Under the pieces are notes generated by a model that saw only the letters and a list, made by a program, of their open reading frames with translations, was not told the DNA's origin and searched no databases. From Pseudomonas aeruginosa (GTDB taxonomy: Bacteria > Pseudomonadota > Gammaproteobacteria > Pseudomonadales > Pseudomonadaceae), in assembly GCF_001457615.1 (NCBI RefSeq), contig NZ_LN831024.1, positions 2,790,001 to 2,822,000 on the forward strand: a stretch of DNA of 32,000 nt, in the 5' to 3' direction. A program made the translations under genes and the position numbers. Positions 25,530-32,000 of the stretch are shown piece by piece; within the stretch, counting starts at the first letter, position 1, and each line of letters begins with the position of its first letter.

Positions 25530-28500
25530 ATGGACATGAGCGTAGCTTTGCGGGTTGCCCGGCGCTTCATCACGCTTCCTCTCGACAAGCGCAAGCTGTA
25601 CCTGGCGAAGATGCAGGAGGAGGGCGTGACGCCGGCCAACCTGCCGATTCCCGAGGTGGCCTCGGCCTTCGAGCGTATCCCGTTGTCCTATGCCCAGGAG
25701 CGCCAGTGGTTCCTCTGGCAGATGGACCCGCAGAGCGCCGCCTACAACATTCCCTCGGCGCTGCGCCTGCGTGGCGAACTGGACGTCGAGGCGCTGTCCG
25801 CCAGCCTGGGCGCCATCGTCGAACGCCACCAGAGCCTGCGCACCGTGTTCGTCGAGGACGAACAACTGGATGGCTTCCGCCAGCAGGTGCTGGCGTCGGT
25901 CGACGTACCCGTCCCGGTTACGCTGGCGGGCGACGACGACGCGCAGGCGCAGATTCGCGCTTTCGTTGAAAGCGAGACGCAACAGCCCTTCGATCTGCGT
26001 AACGGTCCGCTGCTTCGCGCGCGCCTGCTGCGCTTGGCGGCCGACGATCACGTGCTGACCCTGACCATCCACCATGTGGCAGCCGACGGCTGGTCCATGC
26101 GGGTACTGGTGGAGGAACTCATTGCCCTGTACGGCGCGCGCCGGCAAGGCGTCGAGGCGACGCTGCCCGATTTGCCGATCCAGTATGCGGACTATGCGAT
26201 CTGGCAACGACACTGGCTGGAAGCCGGCGAACGCGAGCGCCAGCTGGAGTACTGGATGGCGCGGCTGGGCGGAGGGCAGAGCGTGCTCGAACTGCCGACT
26301 GACCGCCAGCGCCCGGCGCTGCCGAGCTACCGTGGCGCGCGCCATGAACTGCAGTTGCCGCAGGCGTTGGGCCGACAGTTGCAGGCGCTGGCGCAGCGCG
26401 AAGGGACGACGTTGTTCATGCTCCTGCTGGCCTCGTTCCAGGCGCTCCTGCATCGCTACAGCGGCCAGGACGAGATCCGCGTCGGCGTGCCGGTGGCCAA
26501 CCGCAACCGGGTCGAGACCGAGCGGCTCATCGGCTTCTTCGTCAACACCCAGGTGCTGCGCGCCGATCTCGATGCGCAGATGCCGTTCCTTGACCTTCTA
26601 CAGCAGACCCGTGTCGCCGCGCTCGGCGCCCAGTCACATCAGGACCTGCCGTTCGAGCAACTGGTCGAGGCTTTGCAGCCGGAGCGCAGTCTCAGCCACA
26701 GCCCGCTGTTCCAGGCCATGTACAACCACCAGAACCTGGGTTCCGCAGGTCGCCAGTCGCTGGCGGCGCAGTTGCCGGGGCTGAGCGTCGAGGACCTCTC
26801 GTGGGGCGCGCACAGCGCGCAATTCGACCTGACCCTGGACACCTACGAATCGGAACAGGGCGTGCACGCCGAATTCACCTATGCCACCGACCTGTTCGAG
26901 GCTGCGACCGTGGAGCGCCTGGCACGTCACTGGCGCAACCTGCTAGAGGCCGTCGTCGCCGAGCCGCGGAGACGCCTCGGCGACCTACCGCTGCTCGACG
27001 CCGAGGAGCGCGCCACGCTGCTGCAACGCAGCCGTCTGCCGGCGAGCGAATATCCCGCCGGGCAGGGTGTGCATCGCCTGTTCGAGGCCCAGGCCGGGCT
27101 GACCCCGGACGCGCCGGCCTTGCTGTTCGGCGAGGAACGCCTGAGCTACGCCGAACTCAATGCGTTGGCCAACCGCCTCGCCTGGCGTCTGCGCGAGGAG
27201 GGTGTCGGCAGCGATGTACTGGTCGGTATCGCGCTGGAGCGCGGCGTACCCATGGTGGTGGCCCTGCTGGCGGTGCTCAAGGCCGGTGGCGCCTATGTGC
27301 CGCTGGATCCGCAGTATCCCGCGGACCGCTTGCAGTACATGATCGACGACAGCGGACTGCGCCTGTTGCTCAGCCAGCAAAGCGTGCTGGCGCGCCTGCC
27401 GCAGTCGGATGGGCTGCAAAGCCTGCTACTCGACGACCTGGAGCGACTGGTGCACGGCTACCCGGCGGAAAACCCGGACCTGCCGGAGGCGCCCGACAGT
27501 CTCTGCTACGCGATCTACACCTCCGGTTCCACCGGCCAGCCGAAAGGCGTGATGGTCCGCCATCGAGCCTTGACCAACTTCGTCTGCAGCATCGCCCGGC
27601 AACCGGGCATGCTGGCGCGGGACCGTCTGCTGTCGGTGACCACCTTCTCCTTCGATATCTTCGGCCTGGAGCTATACGTACCGCTGGCGCGTGGCGCCAG
27701 CATGCTGCTCGCCAGCCGCGAGCAGGCCCAGGATCCCGAGGCCCTGCTCGATCTGGTCGAGCGGCAGGGCGTCACGGTATTGCAGGCGACCCCGGCGACC
27801 TGGCGGATGCTGTGCGACAGCGAGCGTGTCGACCTGCTGCGTGGCTGCACCCTGCTGTGCGGTGGCGAGGCGCTGGCGGAGGACCTGGCGGCGCGTATGC
27901 GCGGATTGTCGGCATCGACCTGGAATCTCTACGGGCCGACCGAGACGACGATCTGGTCGGCACGGTTCCGCCTCGGCGAAGAGGCCCGGCCGTTCCTCGG
28001 CGGGCCGCTGGAAAACACCGCTCTGTACATCCTCGACAGCGAAATGAACCCATGTCCGCCCGGCGTCGCCGGCGAACTGCTGATCGGCGGCGACGGCCTG
28101 GCGCGTGGCTACCATCGCCGCCCCGGCCTGACCGCCGAACGCTTCCTGCCCGACCCGTTCGCCGCCGACGGTTCGCGCCTGTACCGCACCGGCGACCAGG
28201 CTCGCTACCGCGCCGATGGGGTCATCGAATACCTTGGACGGATCGACCATCAGGTGAAGATCCGGGGATTCCGCATCGAACTCGGCGAAATCGAGACGCG
28301 CCTGCTGGAGCAGGACAGCGTGCGCGAGGCGGTGGTCGTCGCCCAGCCGGGGGTGGCCGGGCCGACCCTGGTGGCCTACCTGGTGCCCACCGAGGCCGCG
28401 CTGGTCGACGCCGAGTCGGCGCGCCAGCAGGAACTGCGCAGTGCATTGAAGAACAGCCTGCTGGCGGTTCTCCCGGACTACATGGTGCCGGCGCACATGC

Positions 28501-28850
28501 TGTTGCTGGAGAACCTGCCGCTGACGCCGAACGGCAAGATCAACCGCAAGGCGCTGCCGCTGCCGGACGCGAGCGCGGTCCGGGACGCCCATGTCGCGCC
28601 CGAGGGCGAGCTGGAACGGGCCATGGCGGCGATCTGGAGCGAGGTCCTCAAGCTCGGCCACATCGGTCGGGACGACAACTTCTTCGAGCTGGGCGGCCAC
28701 TCGCTGCTGGTGACCCAAGTGGTTTCCAGGGTACGCCGCCGCCTCGACCTGCAGGTGCCGCTGCGTACCCTGTTTGAGCACAGCACCCTGCGCGCCTATG
28801 CGCAGGCCGTGGCGCAGTTGGCGCCGGCCGCCCAGGGCGGGATCGTCCGA
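25530..28850 (+). other. PvdJ-like module 1 (locus module 4): leader + C(LCL) + A(Gly) + T (approximate bounds)
   Basis: - C domain from about 25683 (LSYAQERQWFLW; HHVAADG at 26070-26090).
- A domain about 27060-28560 (FSFDIFGLE, VLQATPATW, NLYGPTETTIWS). Code DILQLGLIWK, the canonical Gly code.
- T domain serine at 28701-28703 (FFELGGHSL). Confidence 0.8.
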
Positions 28851-31800
28851 TGCGCCAGGGACGCATCGCCGCAGCTGTCGTTCGCCCAGGAACGCCAGTG
28901 GTTCATCTGGCGCCTGGATCCGCACAGCGCGGCCTACAACATCCCGGTGGCGTTGCGTCTGAAGGGACCGCTGCGGCGCGATGCCCTGCAGGGTGCCCTG
29001 GACCTGCTGGTGCAGCGCCATGAAACGCTACGCACCACCTTCGTCGAACACGATGGTGCGCCGCGGCAGGTCATCCACCCGACGCTGCCGATAGCCATCG
29101 AGGAGCGACGACCGCCGGTGGCCGGCGAAGACCTGAAGGGGCTGGTGGAAACCGAGGCCCATCGGCCGTTCGACCTGCAACGCGGACCGCTGCTGCGGGT
29201 CCTGCTGTTGCCGCTGGCGACGGACGAATGCGTGCTGGTGCTGACTCTTCACCACATCATCGCCGATGGCTGGTCGATGCAGGTCCTGGTGGACGAACTG
29301 ATCCGCGTCTACGCCGCGCTTCGGCATGATGAGCCCCCCGCGCTGGCGGAGTTGCCGATCCAGTACGCCGACTTTGCGGCCTGGCAACGCCAATGGATGG
29401 ATGGCGGCGAGCGTGAGCGTCAACTGGGCTACTGGGTTTCCCGCCTGGGCGGCGAGCAGCCGTTGCTGGAGTTGCCCAGCGACCGGCCGCGCCCGCAGCA
29501 GCAGAGCCATCGCGGCCGGCGCATCGGCATCCCGTTGCCGGCGGAACTCGCCGAAGCCCTGCGGCGGCTGGCCCAGGCCGAGCAGGGCACGCTGTTCATG
29601 CTGCTGCTGGCCTCGTTCCAGGCACTCCTGCATCGCTACAGCGGGCAGAATGACATTCGTGTCGGAGTACCCATCGCCAACCGCAATCGCGAGGAGACCG
29701 AGGGGCTCATCGGCTTCTTCGTCAACACCCAGGTGTTGCGCGCCGAACTCGACGGGCAACTGCCGTTCCGCGAGTTGCTACGGCAGGTCCGGCGGGCGGT
29801 GGTGGAAGCGCAGGGTCATCAGGACCTGCCGTTCGAGCAACTGGTGGATGCGTTGCAGCCGGAACGCAGCCTCAGCCATGCGCCGTTGTTCCAGGTGATG
29901 TACAACCACCAGCGCGACGATCATCGCGGTTCGCGTTTCGCCTCCCTGGGCGAACTCGAGGTCGAGGACCTGGCCTGGGACGTGCAGACCGCGCAGTTCG
30001 ACCTGACCCTGGATACCTACGAATCCTCCAATGGCCTGCTTGCCGAACTGACCTATGCCACCGATCTCTTCGACGCGTCGAGCGCCGAGCGCATCGCCGG
30101 CCACTGGCTGAACCTGCTCCGGTCGATCGTGGCCCGGCCGGAGGCGCGCATCGCCGAGCTGAAACTTCTGGACGAGGCCGAAGCGCGTGCCGACCTGCTG
30201 CAATGGAACCCCGGTCCGCAGGACTTCACCCCGGCTTCCTGTCTGCACCGCCTGATCGAGCGCCAGGCCGCCGAGCGACCGCGGGCGACGGCAGTGGTCT
30301 ACGGCGAACGCGCGCTCGACTACGGCGAATTGAACCTGCGGGCCAATCGCCTGGCGCACCGGCTGATCGAACTCGGTGTCGGCCCCGACGTGCTGGTCGG
30401 CCTGGCGGCCGAGCGCAGCCTGGAGATGATCGTCGGTCTGCTGGCGATCCTCAAGGCCGGCGGCGCCTATGTCCCGCTCGATCCGCGCTACCCCAGCGAC
30501 CGGCTGGGCTACATGATCGAGGACAGCGGCATCCGCCTGCTACTGACCCAGCGCGCGGCGCGCGAGCGCTTGCCGCTCGGCGAGGGCCTGCCCTGCCTGC
30601 TGCTGGACGCGGAGCATGAGTGGGCCGGCTACCCGGAGAGCGATCCGCAGAGCGCCGTCGGCGTCGATAACCTGGCCTATGTGATCTATACCTCCGGCTC
30701 TACCGGAAAACCGAAGGGTACCCTGCTGCCGCATGGCAACGTGCTACGCCTGTTCGATGCCACTCGGCACTGGTTCGGTTTCTCCGCGGACGACGCCTGG
30801 AGCCTGTTCCACTCCTACGCGTTCGATTTCTCCGTCTGGGAGATCTTCGGCGCATTGTTGCATGGCGGCAGGCTGGTCATCGTCCCGTACGAGACCAGTC
30901 GTTCGCCAGAGGACTTCCTGCGCCTGCTGTGCCGGGAACGGGTGACGGTGCTGAACCAGACGCCGTCGGCCTTCAAGCAACTGATGCAGGTCGCCTGCGC
31001 CGGCCAGGAGGTTCCGCCGCTGGCCCTGCGGCATGTGGTGTTCGGTGGCGAGGCGCTGGAAGTGCAGGCCCTGCGCCCATGGTTCGAGCGTTTCGGCGAT
31101 CGAGCGCCGCGCCTGGTCAACATGTATGGGATCACCGAGACCACGGTGCACGTGACCTATCGTCCGCTGTCGCTGGCGGATCTCGACGGCGGGGCGGCCA
31201 GTCCGATCGGCGAGCCGATCCCGGACCTGTCCTGGTATCTGCTCGACGCCGGGCTGAACCCTGTGCCCAGGGGCTGCATCGGCGAGCTGTATGTGGGGGG
31301 CGCGGGATTGGCGCGGGGCTATCTGAATCGCCCCGAGCTGAGTTGCACGCGCTTCGTGGCCGATCCGTTCTCCACGACTGGGGGACGTCTGTACCGGACC
31401 GGCGACCTGGCCCGCTATCGATGCGACGGGGTGGTCGAGTACGTCGGTCGGATCGACCACCAGGTCAAGATTCGCGGCTTCCGCATCGAACTGGGCGAAA
31501 TCGAGGCCCGCCTGCTCGCACAGCCGGGCGTGGCCGAGGCGGTCGTGCTGCCTCACGAGGGGCCGGGCGCTACGCAACTGGTCGGCTATGTCGTGACGCA
31601 GGCGGCGCCAAGCGACCCCGCCGCGTTGCGCGACACGCTGCGCCAGGCCTTGAAGGCGAGCCTGCCGGAGCACATGGTGCCCGCCCACTTGCTGTTCCTC
31701 GAGCGCCTGCCGCTGACGGCCAACGGCAAGCTGGACCGGCGCGCCTTGCCCGCCCCGGACGCCAGCCGCCTGCAGCGGGACTATACCGCGCCGCGCAGCG

Positions 31801-32000
31801 AGCTGGAGCAGCGCCTGGCGGCGATCTGGGCGGATGTGCTGAAGCTTGGCCGCGTCGGCCTGGACGACAACTTCTTCGAACTTGGCGGCGACTCGATCAT
31901 TTCCATCCAGGTGGTCAGCCGCGCGCGCCAGGCCGGGATCCGGCTGGCGCCCAGGGACCTGTTCCTGCACCAGACGATCCGGGGCCTGGCCGGCGTGGCC
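25530..32000 (+). CDS. pvdJ: Second pyoverdine side-chain NRPS (type II pvdJ-like), 5' partial: 2157 codons open to the window end. Contains C-A(Gly)-T and C-A(Thr)-T.
   Basis: It is not in the ORF track because it has no in-window stop. ATG at 25530 directly abuts the pvdI TGA (TGAATG), with a GGAGGA SD at 17 positions... corrected: GGAGGA SD at 25517-25522. I read the frame through by hand and checked it at 27513, 28671 and 30681 (all in frame with 25530). 32000-25530+1 = 6471 = 3 x 2157. No track ORF occupies this frame. Confidence 0.9.
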   Translation, partial: MDMSVALRVARRFITLPLDKRKLYLAKMQEEGVTPANLPIPEVASAFERIPLSYAQERQWFLWQMDPQSAAYNIPSALRLRGELDVEALSASLGAIVERHQSLRTVFVEDEQLDGFRQQVLASVDVPVPVTLAGDDDAQAQIRAFVESETQQPFDLRNGPLLRARLLRLAADDHVLTLTIHHVAADGWSMRVLVEELIALYGARRQGVEATLPDLPIQYADYAIWQRHWLEAGERERQLEYWMARLGGGQSVLELPTDRQRPALPSYRGARHELQLPQALGRQLQALAQREGTTLFMLLLASFQALLHRYSGQDEIRVGVPVANRNRVETERLIGFFVNTQVLRADLDAQMPFLDLLQQTRVAALGAQSHQDLPFEQLVEALQPERSLSHSPLFQAMYNHQNLGSAGRQSLAAQLPGLSVEDLSWGAHSAQFDLTLDTYESEQGVHAEFTYATDLFEAATVERLARHWRNLLEAVVAEPRRRLGDLPLLDAEERATLLQRSRLPASEYPAGQGVHRLFEAQAGLTPDAPALLFGEERLSYAELNALANRLAWRLREEGVGSDVLVGIALERGVPMVVALLAVLKAGGAYVPLDPQYPADRLQYMIDDSGLRLLLSQQSVLARLPQSDGLQSLLLDDLERLVHGYPAENPDLPEAPDSLCYAIYTSGSTGQPKGVMVRHRALTNFVCSIARQPGMLARDRLLSVTTFSFDIFGLELYVPLARGASMLLASREQAQDPEALLDLVERQGVTVLQATPATWRMLCDSERVDLLRGCTLLCGGEALAEDLAARMRGLSASTWNLYGPTETTIWSARFRLGEEARPFLGGPLENTALYILDSEMNPCPPGVAGELLIGGDGLARGYHRRPGLTAERFLPDPFAADGSRLYRTGDQARYRADGVIEYLGRIDHQVKIRGFRIELGEIETRLLEQDSVREAVVVAQPGVAGPTLVAYLVPTEAALVDAESARQQELRSALKNSLLAVLPDYMVPAHMLLLENLPLTPNGKINRKALPLPDASAVRDAHVAPEGELERAMAAIWSEVLKLGHIGRDDNFFELGGHSLLVTQVVSRVRRRLDLQVPLRTLFEHSTLRAYAQAVAQLAPAAQGGIVRCARDASPQLSFAQERQWFIWRLDPHSAAYNIPVALRLKGPLRRDALQGALDLLVQRHETLRTTFVEHDGAPRQVIHPTLPIAIEERRPPVAGEDLKGLVETEAHRPFDLQRGPLLRVLLLPLATDECVLVLTLHHIIADGWSMQVLVDELIRVYAALRHDEPPALAELPIQYADFAAWQRQWMDGGERERQLGYWVSRLGGEQPLLELPSDRPRPQQQSHRGRRIGIPLPAELAEALRRLAQAEQGTLFMLLLASFQALLHRYSGQNDIRVGVPIANRNREETEGLIGFFVNTQVLRAELDGQLPFRELLRQVRRAVVEAQGHQDLPFEQLVDALQPERSLSHAPLFQVMYNHQRDDHRGSRFASLGELEVEDLAWDVQTAQFDLTLDTYESSNGLLAELTYATDLFDASSAERIAGHWLNLLRSIVARPEARIAELKLLDEAEARADLLQWNPGPQDFTPASCLHRLIERQAAERPRATAVVYGERALDYGELNLRANRLAHRLIELGVGPDVLVGLAAERSLEMIVGLLAILKAGGAYVPLDPRYPSDRLGYMIEDSGIRLLLTQRAARERLPLGEGLPCLLLDAEHEWAGYPESDPQSAVGVDNLAYVIYTSGSTGKPKGTLLPHGNVLRLFDATRHWFGFSADDAWSLFHSYAFDFSVWEIFGALLHGGRLVIVPYETSRSPEDFLRLLCRERVTVLNQTPSAFKQLMQVACAGQEVPPLALRHVVFGGEALEVQALRPWFERFGDRAPRLVNMYGITETTVHVTYRPLSLADLDGGAASPIGEPIPDLSWYLLDAGLNPVPRGCIGELYVGGAGLARGYLNRPELSCTRFVADPFSTTGGRLYRTGDLARYRCDGVVEYVGRIDHQVKIRGFRIELGEIEARLLAQPGVAEAVVLPHEGPGATQLVGYVVTQAAPSDPAALRDTLRQALKASLPEHMVPAHLLFLERLPLTANGKLDRRALPAPDASRLQRDYTAPRSELEQRLAAIWADVLKLGRVGLDDNFFELGGDSIISIQVVSRARQAGIRLAPRDLFLHQTIRGLAGVA
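28851..32000 (+). other. PvdJ-like module 2 (locus module 5): C(LCL) + A(Thr) + start of T (approximate bounds; truncated by the window)
   Basis: - C domain from about 28875 (LSFAQERQWFIW; HHIIADG at 29250-29270).
- A domain about 30240-31745 (YAFDFSVWE, VLNQTPSAF, NMYGITETTVHV). Code DFWNVGMVHK, a Thr type.
- T domain serine at 31893-31895 within [22 protein letters not shown]. This is the T subtype that precedes E domains elsewhere in this window. Confidence 0.8.

Overview
High-GC DNA whose gene content and order match the Pseudomonas aeruginosa pyoverdine (pvd/fpv) locus, in the opposite orientation to PAO1 (PA2417 side towards PA2402 side, from memory of PAO1 synteny). Left to right:
- the tail of a LysR-like gene;
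- treA (trehalase, minus strand);
- a translationally coupled pair of a small membrane protein and a PQQ-type sugar dehydrogenase;
- the pvdH / mbtH-like / type II thioesterase operon, preceded by an exact PvdS IS box;
- a bidirectional terminator;
- the eight-gene fpvGHJKCDEF operon (minus strand, six ATGA stop/start overlaps);
- a 317-bp AT-richer divergent promoter region;
- about 19 kb of NRPS genes.

The NRPS part is pvdI (three modules: C-A-T-E, C-A-T-E, C-A-T) followed by the first two modules of the next synthetase. That second gene is open to the window end, so the supplied ORF track does not list it. A-domain specificity codes read by eye (Ser, DGE-type, DGE-type, Gly, Thr) and the E-domain placement fit the type II pyoverdine peptide (Ser-fOHOrn-Orn-Gly-aThr...), not PAO1 type I.

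The most unusual observation is that pvdI is broken by a 1-nt frameshift in a C4 run at 17706-17709, exactly in the E-C linker between modules 1 and 2.

I see no evidence for a wholly new multi-gene system. Every sizeable ORF belongs to a known family. The items worth a second look are local: the frameshift, docking tails, promoter-region repeats, a candidate uORF and the FpvJ Cys/His motif. No tRNA/rRNA, CRISPR, IS or phage genes were seen. No database search was possible, so all family calls rest on motifs read from the translations and on remembered PAO1 synteny.
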